From Betaproteobacteria bacterium TMED22 (lineage in GTDB: Bacteria > Pseudomonadota > Gammaproteobacteria > Burkholderiales > Eutrophovitaceae): a stretch of DNA of 64,000 nt. The translations under genes and the position numbers were made by a program. Under the pieces are notes generated by a model that saw only the letters and a list, made by a program, of their open reading frames with translations, was not told where the DNA came from and did not search any database. Shown here in pieces: positions 29,405-39,625 of this stretch; the stretch's first letter is position 1; each line of letters starts with the position of its first letter. The DNA lies in NCBI GenBank assembly GCA_002167745.1, contig NHCB01000010.1, forward strand, positions 30,852 through 94,851, read 5' to 3'.

Positions 29405-30043
29405 ATGATCTCAGTTGAAGTATTTTCCGACGTCGTGTGTCCTTGGTGCTTCATCGGCAAAAGAAATTTAGAAAAAGCCTTAAAAAGCCTCGATACAAGC
29501 GAGCAAAAATATAAAAATATAAAAATAAATTGGCGCTCTTTTCAGCTAAATCCGCAGCTACCGATTCAAGGTATAGCCCGATCGGATTATACTGCCACGA
29601 AATTTGGTGGTACAGAACGCGCAGCACAATTTTATGAACGAATCAGCGGTGCCGCAACAGAGGTTGGACTGGATCTTAATTTTGACAAGATCGTAACGCA
29701 ACCAAACTCTTCTCGCATGCACGCCTTAGTTTATGCGGCAGAGTCAGTACAAAAAGACCATCAACTCGTCGAAGACCTGTTTAAAGCGTTTTTCATTGAC
29801 GCCGTCGACCTCACCAAAAGAGATAATGTCTCGTCAATCGCACAATCAATAGGGCTTAAAAAAACATTGATCGATAGTGTTTTTGATGATGATCTTTTCA
29901 TGGACAGAATCACCGAAGACATACAGCAATCAGCCAAGATCGGCATTCAAGGTGTTCCGTTCTTCATAATTAATCAAAAAATCGGATTATCTGGTGCGCA
30001 GCCTCCAGAATCGATAGTCAAAGCTATTAAGCAATTAATCTAA
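29405..30043 (+). CDS. DsbA-family (FrnE-like) dithiol oxidoreductase
   Basis: N-terminal VEVFSDVVCPWCFIGK with a CPWC active site. Confidence 0.75.
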   Translation: MISVEVFSDVVCPWCFIGKRNLEKALKSLDTSEQKYKNIKINWRSFQLNPQLPIQGIARSDYTATKFGGTERAAQFYERISGAATEVGLDLNFDKIVTQPNSSRMHALVYAAESVQKDHQLVEDLFKAFFIDAVDLTKRDNVSSIAQSIGLKKTLIDSVFDDDLFMDRITEDIQQSAKIGIQGVPFFIINQKIGLSGAQPPESIVKAIKQLI

Positions 30044-30069
30044 AAAGCCTTTGAAAATACTAGGAAATA

Positions 30070-31095
30070 TTAGCTGAGCGCCGCTGTCAGCTCAGTGACG
30101 AATGCATCAATATCCGCATCTCTCAGATCTAAATGAGTCACCAACCGTACAGACTTACCTGGGGTAATAAGAATATTTTTATCCTTAAGCTGATTAGCGA
30201 TTTCGCTCACATCAACCTCCTTAAATGATAGGAATACCATATTCGTTTGGGCTTTGGACGCAATGACCTTGGGGTGATTTAAAGCCTGTATTCTCTCAGA
30301 TATAGCGGTCGCTCTTGCATGATCTTCTCGCAACCGATCAATGTGGTTTTTCAACGCATAGATTCCCGCAGCAGCTAAAATTCCAGCTTGACGCATACCA
30401 CCACCCAACATCTTACGCCACCGCCTTGCCTTCCTAATCAAGTCTTGAGGCCCACACAAAACAGAACCGACTGGAGCGCCCAATCCTTTGGATAAGCAAA
30501 TTGAAACAGTATCGAAATACTGTGTGATGGTCCTAACATCAGAATTTAATGCAATACTTGCATTAAATAATCGAGCGCCGTCTAGATGCAAAGACAGACC
30601 AGTATTATTACAAAAATCTCGAGCATTCTTAAGATAGTCGATTGGAAGTGGTTGGCCTGCTTGAGTATTTTCCAGACACAGCAATTTTGTTCGCGCAAAA
30701 TGCGGATCATCCGGTTTAATTGCCGCGGCTACATTTTCTAATTTGAGAGTACCGTCATGTTCGTAATCTAGTGGTTGAGGTTGAATACTTCCTAGAACCG
30801 CAGCACCGCCTCCTTCATATTTATATGTGTGGCCTTGTTGACCAACAATGTACTCGTCCCCGCGCTCGCAATGCACCAAAAGTGCGAGCAAGTTACTTTG
30901 AGTACCACTAGGCACAAAAATCGAAGACTCTTTGCCGCTCACTCTAGCAGCTAAAACCTCTAACTCATTGACCGTAGGATCCTCGCCGTACACATCGTCA
31001 CCCACCACAGCGATGGCCATCGCAGACCGCATATGGTTTGTGGGCTGTGTAACCGTGTCACTGCGAAAGTCAATTATGCGCTCCAAAGACACCAT
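30070..31095 (-). CDS. ltaE: low-specificity L-threonine aldolase
   Basis: N-terminus DFRSDTVT and PLP-lysine region [12 protein letters not shown]; 341 aa. Confidence 0.8.
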   Translation of the reverse strand: MVSLERIIDFRSDTVTQPTNHMRSAMAIAVVGDDVYGEDPTVNELEVLAARVSGKESSIFVPSGTQSNLLALLVHCERGDEYIVGQQGHTYKYEGGGAAVLGSIQPQPLDYEHDGTLKLENVAAAIKPDDPHFARTKLLCLENTQAGQPLPIDYLKNARDFCNNTGLSLHLDGARLFNASIALNSDVRTITQYFDTVSICLSKGLGAPVGSVLCGPQDLIRKARRWRKMLGGGMRQAGILAAAGIYALKNHIDRLREDHARATAISERIQALNHPKVIASKAQTNMVFLSFKEVDVSEIANQLKDKNILITPGKSVRLVTHLDLRDADIDAFVTELTAALS

Positions 31096-31178
31096 CTCCT
31101 AAGATACATCAGTAAAATTTCTATGTGCCACACCGACATCCATATTGAAACGTAATCGTAGCTTAGTTTAACCCAACC

Positions 31179-31535
31179 TCAATTGACCACACCTAGACTG
31201 CATCTCGCCATTTTTTTAACTGACTCAAACGTCTCTCCATTAGCATAGGCACGCGCTCCGGAATGCATGGGAATGGCCGCATCGGCGGAATTGTCAGGAC
31301 TATCCAAAACAGCATTACTCTCGTGCATTAATGCCGAAGTTACAAGCCAAGCATGCTCCATCGGAAACTCAGCTGACGCAACTAAAATAAAGTCTTTTTA
31401 CCGTTAAACACCACTTTAGGCTTCCTGACCAAGATGACCTCTTCTCAAAATATGTTCCTTGAGCGCTCGAATGTTAAGGATGCCTGATCCTATTGGTAGC
31501 ACAGACCGGGCACCGTTAATTTCTATTGTTGACAT
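31179..31535 (-). pseudogene. possible degraded gene remnant
   Basis: One minus-strand frame of 119 codons starts at ATG 31535. It is interrupted by three TAA codons within 21 nt (31416-18, 31404-06, 31398-400) and then continues as the 60-aa track ORF. No family recognised. Confidence 0.2.
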
Positions 31536-31551
31536 ATAGTACATGCACTGC

Positions 31552-31580
31552 CGGACAATGACGAGCTAATGGCATATAAT
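31552..31580 (+). promoter_or_regulatory. candidate sigma70 promoter for the DUF3460 gene
   Basis: Perfect -10 TATAAT (31575-31580) with a partial -35 cgGACA (31552-31557) and a 17-nt spacer, 46 nt upstream of ATG 31626. Confidence 0.35.
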
Positions 31581-31625
31581 CAAATTTCGAATTATGTCGA
31601 ATAAAAACTCATACATTGGTTGTTT

Positions 31626-31811
31626 ATGCCCAAAAAACCCTACGAATCAGACACTACAACGTTCATCAAATCTTTATTCGTGAACAAACCTGAATTACGA
31701 AAACAGCAACTTGATGCCAGGAGTTTGTGGTGGGACAGAGAACAAGACTTAAAGGAACAGGCCGAACTAGATAAGTCGAAAATTAAGAAAACGCCCTACG
31801 AATACTACTAG
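31626..31811 (+). CDS. DUF3460-like small protein
   Basis: 61 aa. The pattern YESDTTTFIKSL...ARSLWWDREQDL...YY matches my recollection of the DUF3460 family. ATG 31626 is preferred over TTG 31620. Confidence 0.5.
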   Translation: MPKKPYESDTTTFIKSLFVNKPELRKQQLDARSLWWDREQDLKEQAELDKSKIKKTPYEYY

Positions 31812-31935
31812 AACGTTCATCTGAATCGTTCTCAGTAAACGAAGTGGTTGGCAAAACATGCTTTTACGAATATTAAAATAATCAAAAAATAAACTAATAC
31901 TGGAAACTCAAAAAAATAAAAACAATAGATTCATT

Positions 31936-31958
31936 GAGAGGGCGAAAGCTCTCTTTTT
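31936..31958 (+). terminator. weak candidate rho-independent terminator
   Basis: GAGAG (31936-40) pairs with CTCTC (31949-53) around a GAAA-containing loop, followed by T5. The stem is short, so confidence is low. Confidence 0.3.
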
Positions 31959-32047
31959 ATTTAAACGCTGGCGAACCCGTAAAACACTTACTTTAAAAAA
32001 AATTTTAGGAGCCTACGTAAAAGTTGGTTACTAACTGATTTTACAAC

Positions 32048-32830
32048 TTATAAAAATGTAGCAGATACACTGCCGAGTGCAGACGATTTACACTCAACTA
32101 ACTTTTTGTCCTGAATGGGAATAGGCGGTCCAAATGCACCAGTTAAAATAAGCTCGCCTTTTTTTAGCTTAATTCCTTTTTTTGCTTGTTGGTCAATAAG
32201 CCAACCGAGCGCGGATAACATGTCATGAGGCCATCGTTTATCTTTCCAAGCATCCACAACCTCTCCATCGTAGACTAGTTCTAGGTCCGTTGACATTCTG
32301 TCCTTGCAGTCAATAACACTATTACCCAAAACCACCCCGGAGTGTATTGCATTATTCGCTAATAATTCAGGACCTTTCGGGTGTTCCCCTCGAAAAACAA
32401 AATTATGAATTTCAATAACTGGGTGAACAGAGGCAATCGCATCAATGATGTCCTCAAATTCAGCTTTAGCAGGATCAATGTCACTCCCTAAAACGATTCC
32501 GAACTCGGCCTCCATCGAAGGATTATCGTAATCGCTTTTTTGTAACTGCGCGCCATCGGTATGTCGCTCTGTATCCCATAATCTACCCCAAGCTGGATGA
32601 TTAATTCCAATCATTTTTTGATTGCCCTCATCAACACAACCGATCTTATAACCTACCGGCTTTTCCCCACGCTTAATTCTCAAACTTGCGACTGCGGTTT
32701 TGAGTTGCCACGCCTCATCCACATTCATTCTTAAACCCTCGGCAAATAACATACCTGGATTTTTTGAATCGTAGTCATCAAGCATTCTCTGCGCCAATAC
32801 ATCGATATTTTTAAATTCAAATTTAGCCAT
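32048..32830 (-). CDS. 2-keto-4-pentenoate hydratase-like (FAH/MhpD family)
   Basis: Hydratase/decarboxylase family pattern (GYKIGC..., EAEFGIVLG..., LTGAFGPP); 260 aa. Confidence 0.6.
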   Translation of the reverse strand: MAKFEFKNIDVLAQRMLDDYDSKNPGMLFAEGLRMNVDEAWQLKTAVASLRIKRGEKPVGYKIGCVDEGNQKMIGINHPAWGRLWDTERHTDGAQLQKSDYDNPSMEAEFGIVLGSDIDPAKAEFEDIIDAIASVHPVIEIHNFVFRGEHPKGPELLANNAIHSGVVLGNSVIDCKDRMSTDLELVYDGEVVDAWKDKRWPHDMLSALGWLIDQQAKKGIKLKKGELILTGAFGPPIPIQDKKLVECKSSALGSVSATFL

Positions 32831-32935
32831 AATTTTTACTCTCAGTGACTATTTGTGAATCAAAGTGATGCCCATGATTTTGTTTGGGGCCCTCTGGACT
32901 TTTAATAGAAAGAGGCCGCATGACAAATTATTGCC

Positions 32936-33352
32936 TTACTCAGCTGGCGGAGGCGTCTTAGCCAACGACTTAATTTCGAGCACGTTACGGTTTGGATCCA
33001 TTACAAAAAAAGTTTGCTGCTCGTACTCAGTATCAGCGAAACGGATGTAAGGCTTATCCAAAAAGCCCACAGTGTTCTCCACGCTTGCTTTTACTTTATT
33101 GAATACTTCCTTCTCTAGGTGCACTCCAAAATGCGGCACCACAACTGCACCCATCTCAACGTCATGGCGTTCTCCATGCATATCAGATCGAGGCTTTGAT
33201 GAATGAAGCGTTAACTCGTTACCCCAAAAATCTATATCTACCCATTTACCTTCTTCAGAGTTATCAGTTTTACAAAATAATACGTCTGTATAAAACTTGA
33301 CCGTCTCATCCAAGTTACCTGCCTCTACTGCACAATGAAATATATTACTCAC
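32936..33352 (-). CDS. VOC (glyoxalase/bleomycin-resistance/dioxygenase) family protein
   Basis: 138 aa with N-terminal FHCAVEAGNLDETVKFY and paired beta-alpha-beta-beta-beta module character. Confidence 0.6.
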   Translation of the reverse strand: MSNIFHCAVEAGNLDETVKFYTDVLFCKTDNSEEGKWVDIDFWGNELTLHSSKPRSDMHGERHDVEMGAVVVPHFGVHLEKEVFNKVKASVENTVGFLDKPYIRFADTEYEQQTFFVMDPNRNVLEIKSLAKTPPPAE

Positions 33353-33611
33353 AATTTCCCTCCCTATATAAGAACTCTGATTTTACTAAGTTTTTGACAT
33401 TTGTGATCCTAATAATTCGATTTCTTTATAGCGAACCCTTCAAATTTATCGGGTTTCGCTCTCACCGACCAAAACATTCGTAATTGTGGATAAAAAGTAT
33501 TCATCAGCTTAAATCTTGAAAGACGCAATGAAAACATAATTTTACTGGCATACGACAGATAACTTAACGTAAACTACGAGGTATAAAATCAAGAAAAATT
33601 TGACTGGCGTT

Positions 33612-33627
33612 GGTGATTTTGATCACA
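33612..33627. promoter_or_regulatory. CRP/FNR-like binding site candidate upstream of the fasciclin gene
   Basis: GGTGA-ttttga-TCACA matches TGTGA-N6-TCACA at 9 of 10 core positions. It is embedded in an 18/20 palindrome (33613-33632), about 68 nt upstream of ATG 33688. Confidence 0.35.
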
Positions 33628-33687
33628 ATCACAGATGAAAATCATCAGCAAACTTAAATTCACGAACTAGCGCGATAGGGGAACCCA

Positions 33688-34305
33688 ATGAAAATGAAGT
33701 CACTTAGATTCGTACTTACGGCTATGGTTATAGCTATGTTGCCGCAGCAAGGTTTAGCCGATAATCACAAAAAAACGATGTGGGACGTGATTACGAACGA
33801 TGATCGATTTGCCACCTTTGCAGTAATGGTCGAGAACGCAGGTGTTGAGCATTTATTTAACGGTAAAACAGCAATAAATGCAACAGTTTATGTCCCAACG
33901 AATTTTGCGTTTTCAACAGTACCGCAAGCCATGACCTCCGCATTGAGATTCCCAGAAAATAAGGGGCCATTGAGCAAGTTAATTAAAAGTCACTATTTCA
34001 TAGGTACAGTGAATAATATGGAGGAAGGCGATTACTTCATGACTACCAATATTAACGGCGACCAAATCAGAATTGAGCAAGAAAAAAATCTGTTTGTTAA
34101 AGACATGATCGTTCAAGCCGATCCAATCATGATCGGACGCAACAAGATTGTTCCCATTGAGTGCGTCATGTTCGTTCAACCTAGCATATCCGACTATCGT
34201 CTAAGCTTGGAACAACAGCAGGAGTATCCGATTACCTCATGCTGCATTAGGACCATAGCTGAGGTATCAGCGTTCGTGAGAAGTACCGATTTCACAGCCG
34301 ATTAA
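33688..34305 (+). CDS. exported fasciclin (FAS1) domain protein
   Basis: Signal peptide and FAS1 motifs (TVYVPTNFAFSTVP, KSHYFIG). Confidence 0.65.
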   Translation: MKMKSLRFVLTAMVIAMLPQQGLADNHKKTMWDVITNDDRFATFAVMVENAGVEHLFNGKTAINATVYVPTNFAFSTVPQAMTSALRFPENKGPLSKLIKSHYFIGTVNNMEEGDYFMTTNINGDQIRIEQEKNLFVKDMIVQADPIMIGRNKIVPIECVMFVQPSISDYRLSLEQQQEYPITSCCIRTIAEVSAFVRSTDFTAD

Positions 34306-34428
34306 ACATATTCATTGGGAGTATTCTTAAGAAATTAGTAGGCTGGTACAACTTAGAAAAAGAGAGTTTTTCTTTCGAATGCTCTCTTGCCTCTCAAATG
34401 ATCAAAGCCAGACACTTACGTCAAAAAC

Positions 34429-35457
34429 ATGCACTCACAAACCGATACCTCTGACGCAGTGAAATTATCAATACTCGATCAAAGTCCGATCATAAAAGGA
34501 CATTCACCGAATGCAGCAATTGAACAGACAGTTAATTTAGCGAAAATAGCCGACGAACTTGGATTTCACCGATATTGGTTAGCAGAACACCATAACATGC
34601 GAGGATTGGCCAGTTCATGCCCGGAAGTACTGCTTACCGCAATCGGACAACAAACAAAGCAGATTAGAATAGGAACCGGCGCCGTACTTCTACCCTATTA
34701 TAGTTCGGCTAAAATCGCTGAAACATTTAGAATGCAAGAAGCGCTATGCCCAGGACGTATTGACCTCGGCATCGGCCGTGCTCCAGGCGGCGATATGTTA
34801 ACAGCCAAAGCGATCAACGAGCAGGCACTTTATTCCATTAATGAGTTTCCACAACAAGTAGTAGATCTTGTGGGATGGCTCCGTGATGACTTAGATGACG
34901 AGCACCCCTTTAATGCTGTAAAGGCAATGCCGAAAGGAAATTCTTGTCCTGAGATTTGGTTACTCGGATCTTCAGACTACAGCAGTACGCTTGCCGCTCA
35001 TCTTGGAGTCCGCTTTGCGTTCGCACACTTCATTAATCCAATTGGGGGTGACGCCGTTAGCCGACAATATCGAACAACATTCACGCCATCTTCTTTGGAG
35101 ACACGTCCAACTTCGATGGTTTGCATTTTCGTTGTTTGCGCAGAATCCAATGAGGAGGCTGAACATCTAGCAGCATCAATAGATCATCGCCGCGTTATGA
35201 TGGCGACAGGGAAAGAGACCGAAATATTACCGAGCGAAGAAGCGATAAATTGGCCATACTCAGAGAGAGAAAGACAAATTATCAGGCAAGAGCGCAATCG
35301 AATTGTTTTGGGCACTCCCGAGAGCGTCAAAAACCAATTATCAGAGCTTAAAAGTGACTTTGGGGCAGATGAACTGATGATTCTCACAATAACCGGAGAC
35401 TATGGAACTCGAATCAAGTCATATGAATTAATAGCGGAGGAATTTGCGATTAATTAA
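34429..35457 (+). CDS. LLM-class (luciferase-like) flavin-dependent oxidoreductase
   Basis: LSILDQSP N-terminus and FHRYWLAEHHN motif typical of the YhbW-like LLM class; 342 aa. Confidence 0.75.
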   Translation: MHSQTDTSDAVKLSILDQSPIIKGHSPNAAIEQTVNLAKIADELGFHRYWLAEHHNMRGLASSCPEVLLTAIGQQTKQIRIGTGAVLLPYYSSAKIAETFRMQEALCPGRIDLGIGRAPGGDMLTAKAINEQALYSINEFPQQVVDLVGWLRDDLDDEHPFNAVKAMPKGNSCPEIWLLGSSDYSSTLAAHLGVRFAFAHFINPIGGDAVSRQYRTTFTPSSLETRPTSMVCIFVVCAESNEEAEHLAASIDHRRVMMATGKETEILPSEEAINWPYSERERQIIRQERNRIVLGTPESVKNQLSELKSDFGADELMILTITGDYGTRIKSYELIAEEFAIN

Positions 35458-35481
35458 TATAAATTTATCTCCATCTAAGCT

Positions 35482-36345
35482 CTAGCGTGCCTCAATCATC
35501 TTAGCAATCGATAGCACCCGATACATGGATCGAACAACTGGTAATTCAATCAGCTCATCATCAACCACTACCAAGCCTGTATCACTACCCTCAAACGCCG
35601 CACATACCCGTCGGGCGCGATCAATTTCATCTTGGGAGGGGGTAAAAATCTGATTAATAATGGATAGATGCTTTGGGTGTACCGCCGCTCTACCAGTAAA
35701 ACCCAAATCGCTACTAGATGCTGTTTCCCGCTCTAAGCCCTCACTATCCTTCAAATCGAGGTACGGCACATCAAGCAAATCGATACCCGCACTCGCTGCC
35801 GCGTGTACCAGCCGAGACCGGGTATAGAGCATTGACTGCCAATCTCTTTTGCATCGAAGATCTGCAGACATATCCACGCCACCTAAAATTAAAGAGGTCA
35901 CTCGGGAGCACGAGCCTGCGATATCAATTGCCTGCTCTAGTGCTGAGTTCGTTTCAATGATCACACAAAAACTTAAATGCCGCGTATTTTCCGTCGACAG
36001 TAGATCATCGAGAATACGTATCTCGTTAGCCGACTTAATCTTAGGTAACATTAGCGCATCAGGCGGACACTCAAGATCAAACAACGCATCTAAATCACTT
36101 AAGCCTTGACGAGTCGTGATCGGATTAATTCGCACCATTTTTTCGGATTGTGTTTCGTATGATTTTGAAAATAAATCCATAGTTAGATTTCTTGATTCAT
36201 CTTTTCTTGGGAGCGCCACTGCATCCTCTAGATCGATACAAACAATGTCAGCGGGTTGTGCAAGCGCCTTAAGAAACATGTCTGGGCGTAAGCCGGGAAC
36301 GAATAAGAGGCTACGTCTCGCTCTCGAAATATCTTCAATACTCAT
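35482..36345 (-). CDS. HpcH/HpaI aldolase / citrate lyase beta subunit-like (CitE family) protein
   Basis: RRSLLFVPG N-terminus and DLEDAV motif; 287 aa. Confidence 0.7.
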   Translation of the reverse strand: MSIEDISRARRSLLFVPGLRPDMFLKALAQPADIVCIDLEDAVALPRKDESRNLTMDLFSKSYETQSEKMVRINPITTRQGLSDLDALFDLECPPDALMLPKIKSANEIRILDDLLSTENTRHLSFCVIIETNSALEQAIDIAGSCSRVTSLILGGVDMSADLRCKRDWQSMLYTRSRLVHAAASAGIDLLDVPYLDLKDSEGLERETASSSDLGFTGRAAVHPKHLSIINQIFTPSQDEIDRARRVCAAFEGSDTGLVVVDDELIELPVVRSMYRVLSIAKMIEAR

Positions 36346-36381
36346 AAATATTCCTTTATTTTTTACAGAAAAATTTAACCA

Positions 36382-37950
36382 TTACTCCGCTGCTACAAGT
36401 TGCGATTCTTTCACGTTCTTTCCTCCACCACGTCCTTTTATCTCCACCCTGCGTATCAAGAAAACAATAGGAATCGCCATAAACGAGGCTATTGCTAGGA
36501 CAAAAAAACTTGCGACATAGCCTTGCAATTCGGCCTGTCGATCAACTTCGTTTTCCAGCATAGTCAACGACTTAGACGTCTCAAGATTATATCCCTCACT
36601 AGCGACGGGTGCGTTAACCAAAGCGTCATTAAAAACATTAACGTTCTCCACAAGCTCAGTTCGTCCCGTAGCGCCCGCATAAATAAATATTGCTAATATC
36701 ACTGAAACACCAACACTACTGAACATAGTTCGAACTAAATTGAAAACTGCTGCTCCCTCGTTACGCTTAGCCGCAATAACACGAGAAAAAGCAACCATCT
36801 GTGCGGGCACCATCAAAATACCTGATCCAATACCACTTACAAAACCAGTCCATAAAATCGGCCAAACACCAACATCGCTCGTCCAAAATGCAATGGTAAG
36901 TGCAGATATGCCCAAACACGAAAGCCCAAAGGCTATTTGAACTTTTACGTTAATAATGCCTGCGATCTTATTACTAAGAAACATAGCCAATAAAACACCA
37001 AGTCCCCTTGAGGACTGAAGGATTCCCACATCTACGATCTCGTACCCAATTAAACCCTCTAGAAAAGCAGGGAGTAAAACCATGGGCGGCACCGTTAACA
37101 AACCGTAAAAAGCGACCAAAATTAATGCGAGAAAAAAATTTCGCTCGAGGAATAACTTGGGATCTAAAAATGGATTTTTTTTGGTCATTACATGCACGTT
37201 AAACATGTACAAAGCGGTTAGAGCGAGACAACCTTCGAAAATAATTTCTCCTGAATCGAACCAATCCAATCTTTGTCCCCGATCCAACATCATTTGAAGT
37301 GATGCAATCCCAATCGCTAACGTCAAGAAGCCAAACCAATCTAACTGTTCTTTTATTTTGCTCGGAACATCTTTAGGTAAAAATAATAAACAACCAATCA
37401 AAGCAACTATTCCGAATGGAATATTGATGAAAAATATATACCGCCAAGACAAGTATTCAGTGAGCACCCCACCAAGTATCGGCCCGATAAAAGACCCTGC
37501 CCAACCGATACCCCAGATGGCCATTGCCTTTGGGTGCTCTTCCTCTGGAAAGGCATCCAACATAATAGCTAAAGATAACGGCACTAAAAATGCACCACAC
37601 ATCCCTTGTGCAACACGGGCGATAACCTCAAAAGTTAGCGTGCTTACAGAGCCGCAAACAATCGATGTCAAAGTAAAACCAGCTACGGCGAGCACATAGA
37701 CCCGCTTTCGACCAAACCGATTACTTAGCCAACCCGCCATAGGAATCATGATTGCAGAAGCAACGATATACGAAGTTATTACCCAACTGATTTGATCCTG
37801 GGTCGCGGAAAAAGCGCCCTGCATGTGCGGTAAAGCCACTACTGCTATGGTCCAATCGATTGAATATAACAACGAAGCAAGTACGACGGAGAAGCTAATC
37901 AAGTATGGATGCTTGGCCCCTTGACTCGCAGTGTGTTGGGCTTGTGCCAT
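36382..37950 (-). CDS. emrB: DHA2-family MFS multidrug efflux transporter (EmrB-like)
   Basis: 522 aa with a 14-TM layout. Downstream of an HlyD-type adaptor and a MarR regulator, in E. coli emrRAB order. Confidence 0.8.
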   Translation of the reverse strand: MAQAQHTASQGAKHPYLISFSVVLASLLYSIDWTIAVVALPHMQGAFSATQDQISWVITSYIVASAIMIPMAGWLSNRFGRKRVYVLAVAGFTLTSIVCGSVSTLTFEVIARVAQGMCGAFLVPLSLAIMLDAFPEEEHPKAMAIWGIGWAGSFIGPILGGVLTEYLSWRYIFFINIPFGIVALIGCLLFLPKDVPSKIKEQLDWFGFLTLAIGIASLQMMLDRGQRLDWFDSGEIIFEGCLALTALYMFNVHVMTKKNPFLDPKLFLERNFFLALILVAFYGLLTVPPMVLLPAFLEGLIGYEIVDVGILQSSRGLGVLLAMFLSNKIAGIINVKVQIAFGLSCLGISALTIAFWTSDVGVWPILWTGFVSGIGSGILMVPAQMVAFSRVIAAKRNEGAAVFNLVRTMFSSVGVSVILAIFIYAGATGRTELVENVNVFNDALVNAPVASEGYNLETSKSLTMLENEVDRQAELQGYVASFFVLAIASFMAIPIVFLIRRVEIKGRGGGKNVKESQLVAAE

Positions 37951-37983
37951 TAACTCAAAAAGTTAGATTCAGTAAAAATACAA

Positions 37984-39084
37984 TTAAGGTCTTAAAAACG
38001 CAGGCAGCCATCCCTGTGCGACGAATTGATCTATTGGGCCCGGCAAACCTCTGCTTACGCCAGTACTGACGCCCACGGTAACCGTCATTCCTGCACGAAG
38101 AGGCGGAAATCCCTGCGGCTGTTCAACACCAATGTGGACCGGCAGTCGCTGGACAACTTTAACCCAATTACCAGTTGCGTTTTGTGGTGGAAGAATCGCG
38201 AACTCAGCACCTGTTGCGGGAGCAATCGCAGTAACGGAACCAGTCCATTTAAAGTCAGGATATGCATCGACGCTAATATCAACTTCTTGCCCTACTTCCA
38301 TCCAAGTTAGCTGGGTCTCCTTGTAGTTGGCTTCTATCCATAATCGATCACTAGCAATGATGCTAAAGATGGACGTGCCGCGATTCACATACTCTCCTGC
38401 CTGAAGTTTCATATTGCTAACTATCCCACTGACAGGTGCGTAGACAAATGAATCCTTAATTCCTAACTCAGCTCTATCAAAACTGGCCATTGCCTCTAAA
38501 TATTTAGGATGTCTCTCCGGGTCTAAGCCCGAATCCCCCAGTAATCCTGCGAGTACCTTCTTAGCATTTTGATCGAGAGTCATTAGACGAGCTTTGGCCA
38601 AATCCAACCTGTGCAAAGCCTCATCATATTGGTCAGCTCGACCCATGCCATGCTCACGAAGCGTCTCTTGCCGCTCGAGTTGTTTTTGGTTGAATGTAAT
38701 GATCGACCTCACCTCTTCCTTTTCAACCTGAGCAGCCTGATATTCTGCTTTGAGCGAGGCAACTTCGCTACGAACCATAGCCATTTGTGCATTCGCACGC
38801 TGTTTTTCTACAACGTAACCCGCGTGCTCCATACCGAATAGGAGTGCACCTTTCTCCACAAATTGGTTATCCTTAACTTCCACATTGGTCACTCTCGATG
38901 AAACCTCTGGACTTACTATTACGATGTCGGCTTTTACGTAAGCATTCTCAGTCTCAACAATAGCGCCCCCATGCGAGTACAGATAAATTCCTGAAGTTGC
39001 CGCAAAAATCGGTAATAAAACTATAAAAAAAGCGCGCACAACCCACAACAAAGCTACGTAAATATTTTTCTCTTGCCTACTCAT
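37984..39084 (-). CDS. emrA: HlyD-family membrane fusion protein (EmrA-like)
   Basis: N-terminal TM anchor, long coiled-coil segment and beta-barrel C-terminus. 4-nt overlap with the MarR gene. Confidence 0.8.
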   Translation of the reverse strand: MSRQEKNIYVALLWVVRAFFIVLLPIFAATSGIYLYSHGGAIVETENAYVKADIVIVSPEVSSRVTNVEVKDNQFVEKGALLFGMEHAGYVVEKQRANAQMAMVRSEVASLKAEYQAAQVEKEEVRSIITFNQKQLERQETLREHGMGRADQYDEALHRLDLAKARLMTLDQNAKKVLAGLLGDSGLDPERHPKYLEAMASFDRAELGIKDSFVYAPVSGIVSNMKLQAGEYVNRGTSIFSIIASDRLWIEANYKETQLTWMEVGQEVDISVDAYPDFKWTGSVTAIAPATGAEFAILPPQNATGNWVKVVQRLPVHIGVEQPQGFPPLRAGMTVTVGVSTGVSRGLPGPIDQFVAQGWLPAFLRP

Positions 39085-39575
39085 TTTGCAACCGACCCCT
39101 TATTTTTACCCAATGAACCCTCTAAAGAAGGGAGTGAATTTTCTAATGAGGCAAGATTACTTTTAAGTTTCAGCAAAGTATCTACAAACTGCTCTTGCTC
39201 GGCCTTAGAAATCCCAAGCAGCGCTTCCCTCCTTGTCTCAGCTGCTGCCGCTCTCATCGCTTTCATGGCAGGTCCTACTTCCTTGGTAAGCAAAACTCGT
39301 TTCGCACGACGATCCTTTTCATCTTCCTCTCGAGTTAACCACCCACTCGACTCCATTCGATCCAAAAGTCGACCCAAAGATGGTTTATCAATTTCAAGAA
39401 TCTGCGCTAACTCAGACTGCGTAACGCGATCATTGCGATATAACTGAGTCAAAACCCACCATTGTGATCGTGTTAGACCAAGAGACTTCATTCGACGGTC
39501 ATAACTTAGACGCAGTAGCCTAGCCACGTCATGCAAGATAATTCCAAAGTTTCTCGAGAAATCTTCACGGAACAA
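39081..39575 (-). CDS. emrR: MarR-family transcriptional regulator (EmrR-like position)
   Basis: Winged-helix region (LGLTRSQWWVLTQLYRNDRVTQSELAQILEIDKPSLGRLLDRME). TTG start preceded by GAGGAG. First gene of the efflux operon. Confidence 0.75.
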   Translation of the reverse strand: MFREDFSRNFGIILHDVARLLRLSYDRRMKSLGLTRSQWWVLTQLYRNDRVTQSELAQILEIDKPSLGRLLDRMESSGWLTREEDEKDRRAKRVLLTKEVGPAMKAMRAAAAETRREALLGISKAEQEQFVDTLLKLKSNLASLENSLPSLEGSLGKNKGSVAK

Positions 39576-39605
39576 AATTAGTTTCTCCTCAACAGTGACA
39601 CCTCT

Positions 39606-39619
39606 AATTAATATTAATT
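39606..39619. promoter_or_regulatory. perfect 14-bp AT palindrome, candidate MarR operator
   Basis: AATTAATATTAATT is self-complementary and lies 31-44 nt upstream of the MarR gene start. Confidence 0.4.
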
Positions 39620-39625
39620 GTTAAC

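Noticed and set aside
31179-31361. The 60-aa track ORF considered as a real stand-alone gene.
   Set aside because: It has no recognisable family or ribosome-binding site. It is the tail of a longer frame broken by three stops, so it is treated as a low-confidence remnant.
32865-32935. Imperfect hairpin GGCCCTCT...AGAGGCC between the VOC and hydratase genes, considered as a terminator.
   Set aside because: The stem is imperfect, the loop is 15 nt, and no T-run follows in the minus-strand orientation. Evidence is insufficient.
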